Assembly (NCBI RefSeq): GCF_044376735.1
Contig: NZ_JBILKJ010000007.1
Coordinates: forward strand, 68 to 64,067
DNA length: 64,000 bases
Reading direction: 5' to 3'
Source: Gemmatimonas sp.
GTDB lineage: Bacteria > Gemmatimonadota > Gemmatimonadetes > Gemmatimonadales > Gemmatimonadaceae
This document shows positions 11,220-20,896 of this stretch, one piece after another (position 1 is the first letter of the stretch; every line of letters begins with the position of its first letter). Under the pieces are notes generated by a model, which was not told the origin of the DNA, did not search any database, and saw only the letters and a program-made list of their open reading frames with translations. The position numbers and the translations under genes were made by a program.

Positions 11220-12062
11220 CTAGATGGCCTCGGGTTCCAGAGTGCGCTCCACCACCTTCCCGTCCACCCGGCTCACGTAGTAGCACTTGGCGGCCGGTCG
11301 CGTGTGCACCACACGCTTCACTGCCGTCTCCTCGAAGTAGATGCCCGCGTCGTTGTCGCAGGCGTAGCCCGGCTTCATCTCGCCGGAGCCGATCAGCTTC
11401 TGGTACAGCGGCCGACGACCCGGCTCGGCGTCGTAGTGCGGCGAGTGACTGCCCGGAATGAAGCCCAGACATTGCACCGTGGAGAGCGCCTTGGGACGCG
11501 AGTCCGTGGTGCCCTCCTCGAACCAGCAGAGCGAGCCGGCGCTCGCGCCGCCCAGCACGATGCCGCGATCCCACGCCTGCCGCAGGAGCACGTCGATCCC
11601 CTGCGCCTTCCAGATCGCCTGCTGATTCAGCGTGTTCCCGCCCGACGCCACGATGCCGTCCATCGACAGCAGTACCTCGTCCCACCCCAATGACTGCGCG
11701 GTGCTGGCGATGAACATGTTCTGCACGTGCGGCTCGACGTTCAACGGCGCGCAGGCCTTGTACCAGTTGAGTGCCGACGTATCGCGGTCGGCCGAGGCGG
11801 TTGGCAGATACAGCAGGCGTGGGCGCGGTTTGCCGGTGAGCTGCGCCATGTAGCGGATGAACGCCGTACCGAAGCCGCCGCCCGCGATCAGGATTTTCCG
11901 CGTGGCGCGTTCGGTGCGCATGGGCGCCGTCGGCATGCCGTCCACATACGTCGAAATGTCCTGGTTCGACTCGGCGGCTCCGCTTGCGGATCCGCCCATC
12001 GAATGCGCTACGGCGCCCGCCGTTCCCAATGCCGAGGTCACGAGAAACTCCCGTCGAATCAT
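11220..12062 (-). CDS. Peptidase E (S51) family dipeptidase with Tat signal
   Basis: MIRREFL; YLPTASAD; SGGNTLN; GGASAG nucleophile; SPHYD. Confidence 0.88.
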   Translation of the reverse strand: MIRREFLVTSALGTAGAVAHSMGGSASGAAESNQDISTYVDGMPTAPMRTERATRKILIAGGGFGTAFIRYMAQLTGKPRPRLLYLPTASADRDTSALNWYKACAPLNVEPHVQNMFIASTAQSLGWDEVLLSMDGIVASGGNTLNQQAIWKAQGIDVLLRQAWDRGIVLGGASAGSLCWFEEGTTDSRPKALSTVQCLGFIPGSHSPHYDAEPGRRPLYQKLIGSGEMKPGYACDNDAGIYFEETAVKRVVHTRPAAKCYYVSRVDGKVVERTLEPEAI

Positions 12063-12101
12063 GATGCGCTCCTGAGTGGAAAAAGGTGAACGCGAGGACA
12101 G

Positions 12102-13490
12102 TTACTTCTTGAGCAACACGTCGGTCATCTTGCGCGTTGGGCTCACGTACGCGCTGATCACGCTTTCGTGGCCGTCGGCGCCGATCGCCGCCACCCCGAA
12201 CACGTAGTCGTCGATCGACACGTTCGGCAGGAGCAGCGTGGTCACGTTGCCCACCACCTGCGATTTCTGCCAGTCGTTCGTCCACGCGTCGCGCCAATAC
12301 ACGCGATACGCCACCGCGCCCGGCGACGGCTGCCACTGCAAGCTGGCGTCATACCCCGACGCGCCGCGTCCCAGCGTCGGTGACCCTCCGCCCGTGGTCA
12401 CACGCGGCGCCGGTGGCGCCAGCGCGACCGACGCCGCCGATGCCGCATTCACCCGCGCGTTCTGCGTGAGATACCGGAAATCCATTCCTTCGAGCTTGTC
12501 GTCGGGGGAGTGCTGCCGTTCGTAATTCTCGTTCGCTTCGCGGAAGACGATCGCCGGAAAGTCGTTGGCGGTGAACGACGAGTGATCGCTGCCGCGACCG
12601 AACCGGTCTTCACGCGCCATCAGGCGGATGGTGTGCGACGGCACATAGATGCCGGCCACCCGTTGCACGTAGCGCGCCAGCGAACGGTTCGGCGAGTCTT
12701 CCGGACCGAGCGAGTAGATCTTCACGCTCTCGCCGTCGATGATGCCGTTGCCACCCAGGCTGCTGCCCACGATGTCGTTATTGAAGTTCGCTTCCACCAC
12801 GCCCTTCGCGTTGCGCAGCGCCGTGGCATGGGCCATCGAGCCGATCAGCCCCTGCTCTTCACCGGCCCACGTCACGAACACCAGCGTGGCGTCGAACTCG
12901 ATGCCGCTCTCGGCGAAGACCCGTGCCAGCTCCATCGTGAGCGACGTGCCACTGCCGTCGTCGTTCGCCCCGGGCGCATCGGCGTTGTCGTCGATGGTGG
13001 GACGCACCAGCGGCTGGCTGGGCGTCGTGCCGCGACCGGCGGCGGTGGCCGTGGCGTCGGCACCGACTGGGCGACGCGAGTTCACCGTGTCGTAGTGCCC
13101 CGTGATGTACACGCGGCGCGCACTCTTGCCCGGCAGCACCGCCACCACGTTCACCAACTCCACCTCGCGCGTGATGCGTCCCTGCTGGGCCAGCATGTGC
13201 CGGTCGTACGACACCTGCAGCTTGGGGCTCATCCGCTTGAACTCGTCGTAGATCCAGCGCCGGGCCGCCCCGATGCCGCGCGTGGTCGACAGCGTGTCGG
13301 AGAGCGTCGCGCGCGTGCCGAAGCCGGCGAGTTTGGTTGCGGTGGCCTGCAAGCGCGCCTGCGACACCGATGCCACCAGCTGCGCGAGGCGCGGGTCGGC
13401 ATCGGGGCGCACGACCTGCGCAGGCAAACCGACGCTGGTCGACAGGCTGGCAGCGGCCAGGAGCATCAGCGACATCTTCGGTCCGAACAT
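12102..13490 (-). CDS. M28 family secreted metallopeptidase with C-terminal Fn3-like domain
   Basis: TGHYD; APGANDDGSG; GEEQGL; NNDIVG; GSDHSSF; QHSPDD. ATG at 13490 follows GAGG. Confidence 0.9.
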   Translation of the reverse strand: MFGPKMSLMLLAAASLSTSVGLPAQVVRPDADPRLAQLVASVSQARLQATATKLAGFGTRATLSDTLSTTRGIGAARRWIYDEFKRMSPKLQVSYDRHMLAQQGRITREVELVNVVAVLPGKSARRVYITGHYDTVNSRRPVGADATATAAGRGTTPSQPLVRPTIDDNADAPGANDDGSGTSLTMELARVFAESGIEFDATLVFVTWAGEEQGLIGSMAHATALRNAKGVVEANFNNDIVGSSLGGNGIIDGESVKIYSLGPEDSPNRSLARYVQRVAGIYVPSHTIRLMAREDRFGRGSDHSSFTANDFPAIVFREANENYERQHSPDDKLEGMDFRYLTQNARVNAASAASVALAPPAPRVTTGGGSPTLGRGASGYDASLQWQPSPGAVAYRVYWRDAWTNDWQKSQVVGNVTTLLLPNVSIDDYVFGVAAIGADGHESVISAYVSPTRKMTDVLLKK

Positions 13491-13618
13491 CAACACCTCA
13501 TCAGGGAAGGGGCCAGCACGCATGATCCCCCTATTGCAGCCCGTGCGCCAGAGCCGCGATCGGCACGAGCGGTGAACCCCCGGGAACGCTCGCCCACTCC
13601 CGACCGTATCTTCCCCAC

Positions 13619-14359
13619 ATGATTGCTCTCACGCAGATCGCCGACGTCTCCGCGCAGCTCTCGTCCAATCCGGCATCGGCCCTCCCGCTGTTGTTCGGGG
13701 CCGGCGTCCTGACGTCGCTCACCCCCTGCATCTACCCGATGATCCCGATCACGGCCGCGATCGTTGGCGGTCAGTCATCATCGGAACAGTCAGGCGCCAT
13801 CAAAGCGTCAAAGTGGCGCCCGCTTGGCCTTTCGCTCACCTATGTGTTCGGACTGGCCTCCGTCTACGCCGGACTCGGACTCCTCGCCGGCCTCACCGGC
13901 ACCATGTTCGGCACGGTCTCGGCCAACCCGTGGGCCTACTTCGCCATGGCGAATCTGCTCATGCTGGCCGCCCTGTCCATGTTCGACGTCATCCCCGTCC
14001 GCGTCCCCGCCGCCATCATGCAGCGCGCCGCCAACGCCGGAACCGGCGGACGCGTCGCGGGTGCTTTCATCATGGGCGCCGCCTCCGGACTCGTGGCCGC
14101 CCCCTGCTCCGCCCCGGTCATGGCCGCCGTTCTCACCTGGGTCTCCACCACCGGCTCCGCCCTGCTTGGCTTCCTCTACCTCTTCACCTTCTCGCTGGGC
14201 ATGTGCACGCTGCTGGTCGTCGTCGGCCTCTCAGCGGGCTCACTGTCGCGATTACCGCGCGCTGGTGCGTGGATGCTGACGGTAAAGAAGCTCTTTGCCT
14301 TCGTCATGCTCGGCATGGCGGAGTATTACTTGGTGAAGATGGGGCAGGTGTTCTTCTGA
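13619..14359 (+). CDS. ccdA: CcdA/DsbD transmembrane disulfide transporter
   Basis: GVLTSLTPCIYPMIP and AAPCSAP Cys pair; multiple TM helices. Confidence 0.88.
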   Translation: MIALTQIADVSAQLSSNPASALPLLFGAGVLTSLTPCIYPMIPITAAIVGGQSSSEQSGAIKASKWRPLGLSLTYVFGLASVYAGLGLLAGLTGTMFGTVSANPWAYFAMANLLMLAALSMFDVIPVRVPAAIMQRAANAGTGGRVAGAFIMGAASGLVAAPCSAPVMAAVLTWVSTTGSALLGFLYLFTFSLGMCTLLVVVGLSAGSLSRLPRAGAWMLTVKKLFAFVMLGMAEYYLVKMGQVFF

Positions 14360-14369
14360 AGGATCACCC

Positions 14370-14456
14370 GTGAGTTTCGCGTAGCGCGTGAGAGTGACGC
14401 GTAACGAGTCGCGCAAACTCACAACCCCCAACTCTCACTCGCAACCCGAAACTCAC
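14370..14456. repeat. Imperfect inverted repeat built from ACTC/GAGT short units
   Basis: GTGAGTTTCG...CGAAACTCAC ends; inner GTGAGAGT/ACTCTCAC. Confidence 0.55.
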
Positions 14457-14957
14457 ATGCATCGCGTCCTCCGCGCCCTCCGCCTCGCCCTCGCCGCCCT
14501 CACCCTCTCCGCCACCCCCGCCCTCGCCCAGGACCTCGGCATCGCGATCGGCGAAACCGCCCCGGCCGGACCCCTCGAGACCCTCGACGGCAAAACCGTC
14601 GATCTCGCCGCCTACCTCGGCAAGACGCCCGTCGTGATCGAGTTCTGGGCCACGTGGTGCGGCAACTGCAAGCAGCTCGAGCCCGCTATGCGCGCTGCCA
14701 TGACCAAGCATGGCGCGCAGGTGAAGTTCGTCACGGTCGCCGTGTCGGTGAACCAGTCCATCGAGCGCGTGAAGGGCTGGCAGAAGGCCAACAAGCTCGG
14801 CGGCGAGTTGCTGTACGACAAAAAGGGCACCGTCAGCGGCGCCTACGACGTGCCGGCCACCAGCTACGTGGTGGTCGTCAACAAGGCCGGCAAGATCGTG
14901 TACACCGGCGTAGGCGGCACGCAGAACCTCGACGCGGCGATCAGGAAGGCCTTGTAA
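14457..14957 (+). CDS. TlpA/ResA-like periplasmic thioredoxin
   Basis: Signal peptide; FWATWCGNC; YDVPATS. Adjacent to ccdA. Confidence 0.9.
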   Translation: MHRVLRALRLALAALTLSATPALAQDLGIAIGETAPAGPLETLDGKTVDLAAYLGKTPVVIEFWATWCGNCKQLEPAMRAAMTKHGAQVKFVTVAVSVNQSIERVKGWQKANKLGGELLYDKKGTVSGAYDVPATSYVVVVNKAGKIVYTGVGGTQNLDAAIRKAL

Positions 14958-15013
14958 GCAGCGTCGCGCGGCCGGTCAGATACAGCAGGGGCCGCTCAAG
15001 GAAGGTGCTGTCG

Positions 15014-16417
15014 CTACGCCGACGCCGTCCGGTGCTTGGCCACCACCTCGGCGATGGCGTCCGCCATGTCTTCCACCAGATGGTCGATCTGCGCGGCGTG
15101 CGTCCGGAAGCTCAACACACACACCCGCCCCACATACCGGCCACCCGCCACCGCGCCGCTGATCATCACGCGCCCGCGCTGCGACGTGGCTGCCATCAAC
15201 TCGCGCGTGGCCGCGTCTTCCTGCGCCAACGTGGCACCGGGCCACGACAGGTGAAACGGAAACAGCGACAGCTCCGGCGGCGCGTCCATCACCACATGCG
15301 GCAACTGCGCGACCCGCGCTGCCGCGTCGAGCGCCAGCGCGCGCTTCTCGTCGATTGCCCCCCGGAATGCATCGGCGCCGTACAGCTTGATCGTGAGCCA
15401 CATGCGCAGCCCCGGAAAGCCGCGCGACAGGTCGGGCCCATGTTGGCTCGGATCGTAGAACTCCACGGCGCTCGGCATGTCGGGCAGATAGTCCGCCGTG
15501 GCCCCGTGCGCCGCCCGCAACGCGGCGCCGTCGCGCACCAGCAGCGCGCCGGTGCCGTACGGCATGAACATGCCCTTGTGCGGATCGAGCGTGAGCGAAT
15601 CCGCCCGCTCGATCCCCCGCAGCACAGCGCGTGTATCCGCGCACAGCTGGAAGAACGCGCCGTAGGCCCCGTCCACGTGATGCCACAGCTGTTCCTCGGC
15701 GCATAAATCGGCGATGGCATCGAGTGGGTCCACCGCACCCGTGTTCGTCGTGCCCGCGTTCGAGACCACCATGAACGGCAGGAACCCGTCGCGACGATCC
15801 TGCGCGATCGCCTCGCGCAGCGCATCGACCCGCAGATGGAACCGGGAATCCGTGGGAATGGAGCGCACGCGATCGGGCATGATGCCGGCCAGCTTCGCCG
15901 ACTTGTTCACGCAATGGTGCACCTGATCCGACGTATACAGCACACCACGGCGGATATCGACGCCCAGATGCCGTTCACGCGCGCACAACACGGCATTGAA
16001 CGTGGCCATCGAGCCACCGGTGGTGAATACCCCGCGCGTCCCCTCGGGAAATCCCATCCATTCGCGCAGCCACTCCAGCGCATTCGCTTCCAGTTGCACC
16101 AGCGCCGGTGCCGCCTGCCAGATGCCGGTGTAGCGATTCGTGGTATCGGCGATGAAATCCGCCAGCGCCGCCGGAAACAGGCCGCCGCCGGGGATGTACG
16201 CGAGATAGCCCGGTGACGGCGTGTTGAACGACTGGGGGATGTACGTCGTGAAGAGCGCGTCGAGCAGCACGGGCAGCGGCGTGCCCGACGCCGGCGACGG
16301 CTCGCGTAGGCGTTCACACAGCGCTTCCGCCTCGTGCACGCCGTACAGCGGCTGGGTGGGCAGCGTGGTGATGTGCTCCACGCAGCGCGCGACAACCTGA
16401 TCGGCCATGTCGCGCAT
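15014..16417 (-). CDS. Group II PLP-dependent decarboxylase (aromatic L-amino acid decarboxylase-like)
   Basis: FTTGGSMA; HHCVNKSA; AGTTNTGAVDP; HVDGAYG; LDPHKG (PLP Lys). Confidence 0.9.
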   Translation of the reverse strand: MRDMADQVVARCVEHITTLPTQPLYGVHEAEALCERLREPSPASGTPLPVLLDALFTTYIPQSFNTPSPGYLAYIPGGGLFPAALADFIADTTNRYTGIWQAAPALVQLEANALEWLREWMGFPEGTRGVFTTGGSMATFNAVLCARERHLGVDIRRGVLYTSDQVHHCVNKSAKLAGIMPDRVRSIPTDSRFHLRVDALREAIAQDRRDGFLPFMVVSNAGTTNTGAVDPLDAIADLCAEEQLWHHVDGAYGAFFQLCADTRAVLRGIERADSLTLDPHKGMFMPYGTGALLVRDGAALRAAHGATADYLPDMPSAVEFYDPSQHGPDLSRGFPGLRMWLTIKLYGADAFRGAIDEKRALALDAAARVAQLPHVVMDAPPELSLFPFHLSWPGATLAQEDAATRELMAATSQRGRVMISGAVAGGRYVGRVCVLSFRTHAAQIDHLVEDMADAIAEVVAKHRTASA

Positions 16418-16484
16418 TGCGTGCGCACTGAATTCGAGATCGATATGGATGGCGGACTCCGTTGCCTCTCCCGGCGGTTCCGAC

Positions 16485-18122
16485 CTACAGCAACGATACG
16501 TAGTGCGGTTCGAACATCGCGGCTGTCACGGCGGCCGCGATGTCATCCGGCCGCTCCACGCGCGCCAACCCACTGTCGAAAGCCAGCGTGGCCACGTCGA
16601 TGGCGATGGCGCGTGACACGTCGCGAATGCGCGACAGGCTGGGATAAATGCGTCCCATCGCCAGATCGTCGTCGGTCACCAGCGAGGCGAGGGTACGCGC
16701 TGCGGTGGCGAACATCGCTTCCGTCACGCGGGACGACGCGCTCACGATCACGCCGAGGCCGACGCCGGGGAAGATGTACGCGTTATTGCCCTGCCCCGGC
16801 ACATGCGTCTTGCCCTTGTACGTCACCGGCGCGAACGGACTGCCGCTGGCGAAGATGGCGCGTCCGCCGGTGGCCGAATAGGCCTGCAGCGCCGTGCACT
16901 CGGCCTTTGACGTGGGATTGGAGAGCGCAAGGACGATCGGCCGCGTATGCTCCCGCGCCATCGCCTCGAGCACCTCCTTGGTGAAGGTGTTCGGTGTTCC
17001 CGACACCCCGATGATGGCGTGCGGCTTGAGCGACTCCACCGCCTCCAGCAGCGTGCTCACCGGCGCGTGCTCATGCGCATACGGCTTCTTGTGGTCCGCC
17101 AGGTCGGTGCGCGTGTGCTCCACCAGCCCCTTCGAATCCACGAACCAGCAGTGCCGGCGCGCCTCTTCCAGCGGCATCCCTTCCGAGCAGAGCGCTTCGA
17201 CCACCAGGTCGCCGATCCCGATGCCGGCCTCACCCGCGCCGAGAAACAGCAGGCGCATGTCACGCAGCGGTGTGCCGCTGATGCGCGCGGCCGAGAAGAG
17301 CCCCGCCAACGCCACCGACGCCGTGCCCTGAATGTCGTCGTTGAACGTGCAGATACGATCGCGCCACCGCTCGAGCAGCGAGAAGGCGTTGTGATTGCCG
17401 AAGTCTTCGAACTGCAGACACGCCAGCGGAAAGCGCGCCTGCACCGCCTCGATGAATTCGTCCAGCAACTCGTCGTACTCGGCGCCACGCAACCGCGGCT
17501 GGCGCAGCCCCACGTAGGAATGACTCTCGCGCAGCGCCGTGTTGTTCGTGCCCACGTCGATCGTGATCGGCAAGCACTCATTCGGCGACACGCCCGCGCA
17601 CGCCGTGTACAACGTGAGCTTCCCGATCGGGATGCCCATGCCGTTGGCCCCGAGATCGCCCAGACCGAGAATGCGTTCGCCATCGGTCACGACGATCATG
17701 CGGACGTCGTCCTGCGGCCAGTTGGCGAGCACCTCCGCCACGTGCCCCTTGTCGGCGGCCGTGATGTACATGCCGCGGCTCCGCCGGAAGATGCGGCCGA
17801 ACTCCTCACACGCCTGTCCGACCGTGGGCGTGTACAGCACCGGCATCAACTCTTCGAGGTGATCCATCACCAACCGATAGAAGAGCGTCACGTTGCGATC
17901 GTGCAGCGCGACCAGATAGGCGTACTGCTCCAGCGGTGTCGGCTTCGACCGCACCCCGGGCAGGATGCGCGCCATCTGCTCGTCCTGCGACATCACCCGC
18001 GGCGGCAGCAGCCCGCGCAGGCCGAAGGCGTCGCGCTCGGCATCGCTGAAGGCGGTCCCCTTGTTCAGGACGGGGTCGTGCAGGAGGTCGGAACCACGTT
18101 TGGGTTGGAGCGGGGTTGTCAC
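16485..18122 (-). CDS. maeA: NAD-dependent malic enzyme (large-subunit SfcA/MaeA type)
   Basis: LNKGTAFS; YTPTVG; VVTDGERILGLGDLG; QFEDFG; FNDDIQGT; GAGEAG; LSNPT; QGNNAYIFPG. GTG start follows GGAG. Confidence 0.93.
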   Translation of the reverse strand: MTTPLQPKRGSDLLHDPVLNKGTAFSDAERDAFGLRGLLPPRVMSQDEQMARILPGVRSKPTPLEQYAYLVALHDRNVTLFYRLVMDHLEELMPVLYTPTVGQACEEFGRIFRRSRGMYITAADKGHVAEVLANWPQDDVRMIVVTDGERILGLGDLGANGMGIPIGKLTLYTACAGVSPNECLPITIDVGTNNTALRESHSYVGLRQPRLRGAEYDELLDEFIEAVQARFPLACLQFEDFGNHNAFSLLERWRDRICTFNDDIQGTASVALAGLFSAARISGTPLRDMRLLFLGAGEAGIGIGDLVVEALCSEGMPLEEARRHCWFVDSKGLVEHTRTDLADHKKPYAHEHAPVSTLLEAVESLKPHAIIGVSGTPNTFTKEVLEAMAREHTRPIVLALSNPTSKAECTALQAYSATGGRAIFASGSPFAPVTYKGKTHVPGQGNNAYIFPGVGLGVIVSASSRVTEAMFATAARTLASLVTDDDLAMGRIYPSLSRIRDVSRAIAIDVATLAFDSGLARVERPDDIAAAVTAAMFEPHYVSLL

Positions 18123-18286
18123 GGCTTCTCCAAAGGAGTGATCTGTATCGAGACCCCTGATGGCAGCGGCATGGCGCCGCTCGGTCAGGAGCATGGTGCG
18201 CCCGCCAACGGCGGGGCGGTGCAGACAAATCGGCTTCGCAGTAGCGTACCAACGCGACCGGGTGCCGCGAAGGGTCAGCGTGAACC

Positions 18287-19768
18287 CTAGTGCGTGTGCA
18301 GGATCAGCGCAGCCTCCGCCACCAATCCGTCCACCAGCCTGGCAAGGTGCGTCTCATCGGTCCGCGCATTCATCACCGTGATGCGCAGCACGCGACGGCC
18401 GTCCAGCGTGGTCGCCGTGATCCAGCCACGGCCCGAGCGATTGTACCGTTCGCGCAGCGCATCGGTCAACGCGTCCAGATCGTCCGCCGCCACGCCCGGC
18501 GGCGTCCACGCGAAACAGAGAATGTTCGACATCGGTTCGTGCAACGGCGTGAAGTCGCCGCGGGCGCTGAGCAAGCCGTGCAGCGTCTGCGCCATCCGAC
18601 AGAGCCGGTCGTACAGCCGCGCCAGATTGTCCACGCCATAGCGTTCGATCGCGACCCACAATTTCAGCACGTCGGCCCGTCGCGAACACTGGAAGGAGCG
18701 CGGGCCCATGTCCCAGATCCGGGCGTCGGAGCCGGAGCTGAACAGATACGGCGCCTCCTGTGTGAAGGCGCGCGTGAGGTCGTCCTGATCGCGCACCAGC
18801 ACCATCCCTGCCGCCAACGGCAGCATCAGCGTCTTGTGCGGATCCCACGCCAGCGACCGCGCCCGCGACAGCCCCTGCACGCGGTGCCGGTGCCGCGGCG
18901 ACAGCATCGCCGCCCCGCCATGCGCCGCATCGACGTGCAGCCACAGCGGGCCGTGATCGTCCGCAAACTCGTCACAGAGATCGGCCACCGCGCCCAGATC
19001 ATCGAAGCTTCCCGTCGCGGTGCACCCGGCCGTCGCCACCACGGCCATGACCGGCGTGCCCTCGGCCCGCAGCGCCGCCAGTCGCTCGCGCAGGGCGTCG
19101 ACATCCATGCGCAGCGCTCGCGACGGCACGAGGATCACGCGCGACACGCCGAGTCCCATCTCACCAGCCGCGCGCGACACGGCGTAGTGCGCATGCTCGC
19201 CGCACACCACCACCGGCACGTGCGCCCCCAGCCCGTTCGTCCACGCGTCGGGCACCGCGCGACTGCGCGCCGCCAACAGCGCGGCAAACGTCGCTTCGGT
19301 GCCACCCGACGTCATCGTACCACCGGCCTGCTCATCCCACCCCACCAGGTCGGTCATCCACGCGATCACCTGATGCTCCAGTGGCGTGAACGACGGTGAC
19401 ATCTCGCGCACCGCCTGCGATTGATTGAGCGCGCTGATCAGGGCATCGGTCCACACCGCCGCCGGCAGCGGCGCCGATACCTGATGCCCGATGTACATCG
19501 GATGCGCCAAGCGGTTCACGTCCTCCAACAGCAGCGACGACAGGCGACGCGCCACATCCGCCAGCGGGCGCGGGGCGCGCGGCATCGGGCCGGCGATCCG
19601 GTCGGCGATCACCTGCGCGCTGTGCCACGTGGACACCGGCCCCTCGCCCCGACGCGTGTCGGCGAAGTAGCTGGCGGCCAGCTCCAGAATCGGCCGCGCC
19701 GCGTCCAGCGTCATGTCCGCTTCGAGCATCGCCAGCAGGTCGGCGTCGGAATCGGGAGTGGTGTCCAT
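18287..19768 (-). CDS. Group II PLP-dependent decarboxylase (diaminobutyrate/glutamate decarboxylase-like)
   Basis: HPMYIGHQ; TSGGTEA; HAHYAV; TAGCTATGSFD; HVDAAHGG; WDPHK. TGATG coupling with the upstream gene fixes the start. Confidence 0.9.
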   Translation of the reverse strand: MDTTPDSDADLLAMLEADMTLDAARPILELAASYFADTRRGEGPVSTWHSAQVIADRIAGPMPRAPRPLADVARRLSSLLLEDVNRLAHPMYIGHQVSAPLPAAVWTDALISALNQSQAVREMSPSFTPLEHQVIAWMTDLVGWDEQAGGTMTSGGTEATFAALLAARSRAVPDAWTNGLGAHVPVVVCGEHAHYAVSRAAGEMGLGVSRVILVPSRALRMDVDALRERLAALRAEGTPVMAVVATAGCTATGSFDDLGAVADLCDEFADDHGPLWLHVDAAHGGAAMLSPRHRHRVQGLSRARSLAWDPHKTLMLPLAAGMVLVRDQDDLTRAFTQEAPYLFSSGSDARIWDMGPRSFQCSRRADVLKLWVAIERYGVDNLARLYDRLCRMAQTLHGLLSARGDFTPLHEPMSNILCFAWTPPGVAADDLDALTDALRERYNRSGRGWITATTLDGRRVLRITVMNARTDETHLARLVDGLVAEAALILHTH

Positions 19769-20799
19769 CAACCGCGGGGAAAAAGTTCGGTGCGCTGCGT
19801 GCGCGCGTTCCAACGCCAGTACTGCGTCAGGCGACAATGGGCGCCTCCGATCCAGCGATCGATGCCGTTGGCCGCCACCGCATCGGCACGCATCCGCACC
19901 ACATCCTGACCGAAGGGCGTGAGCTGCACCGCACGCTCCCAGAAACCGCGACCGCTGCCCTCGCGCCGCGGCGCGATGACCCGCGACCCGTTGGTGTGCA
20001 CCAGGATCGGATGGGCGCAATCGCTCAGACGCTCGGCGTACCACGCGAAGCAGCCATCGCCGAGCCACACCCACGACTCCGTGGCCTGATGCGCCAGGAA
20101 CAACTTACCGAGCGACATGGCGCCCGGCGACAGCGCCTCGCACATCTGCCGCTCGCTACGCGACAATCCCGCGTCCACATCCGGATACTCCTCGAGCTGA
20201 CGCCGCAACGCGGCCGCCAGATGCGGCAGCCGGACGAGATCGTCGGACGCGTACGTGCGCGCCGTCACGGCGCGGTCGAGCCGGAGAGTCACCGCCAGCA
20301 GATCGTCGGGCGTGTTCGACGTGAAGGCGCGCCACGTCACCGCGCCGTGCGCCAGATCCTCCGGCGTGATCGCACGGCGTGCCGCGTACAACGGCGCGAA
20401 CATCTCCGGCCGCATCTCCCCGAAGTAGCAGTCGGCGGGAACGATCGAAAGGCGCGGACGATCCCCCGGTGCCCGCTGTTCGAACCGCGACAGGATCTGG
20501 ATCAACTGCAGCTGGTCGTACAGATCGGGCTCGAACCACAGCACGACCTCGTCACCAGCGGCCGCATCCTCCAGCCGCGCATCACGCTGTTCGAAGTCGG
20601 CGACCACCGTCGCCACACTCGACCATCCTCTTTCGGCCAGAAACTCGGCCCGCACGCGATGAAAGGCCCCGAGGTCGTCATCAGGCGGCACAGGTCCGTC
20701 GTGCAGCAGGTCACGCCAGGAGACGATGTCCCCGGGCAGGCCAGATCGCGCGAGTGCGCTCGCGGCATGATCGCCGTTGGTAAGGTGCAGGGTCAGCAT
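19768..20799 (-). CDS. DUF1835 domain-containing protein
   Basis: LHLTNGDHA; WRDLLHDGPV; VVLWFEPDLYDQLQL; EYPDVDAGLSRSE; IDRWIGG. Confidence 0.75.
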   Translation of the reverse strand: MLTLHLTNGDHAASALARSGLPGDIVSWRDLLHDGPVPPDDDLGAFHRVRAEFLAERGWSSVATVVADFEQRDARLEDAAAGDEVVLWFEPDLYDQLQLIQILSRFEQRAPGDRPRLSIVPADCYFGEMRPEMFAPLYAARRAITPEDLAHGAVTWRAFTSNTPDDLLAVTLRLDRAVTARTYASDDLVRLPHLAAALRRQLEEYPDVDAGLSRSERQMCEALSPGAMSLGKLFLAHQATESWVWLGDGCFAWYAERLSDCAHPILVHTNGSRVIAPRREGSGRGFWERAVQLTPFGQDVVRMRADAVAANGIDRWIGGAHCRLTQYWRWNARTQRTELFPRG

Positions 20800-20896
20800 G
20801 GCGTAGGTATGTTGTCCGGAGCCGTGCGGATGCGCTAGTTGTGACGGTCGTTGGCATTCGCGGTCCGACGTTCGTGTTCCCCAGTCTGCTGCCACG

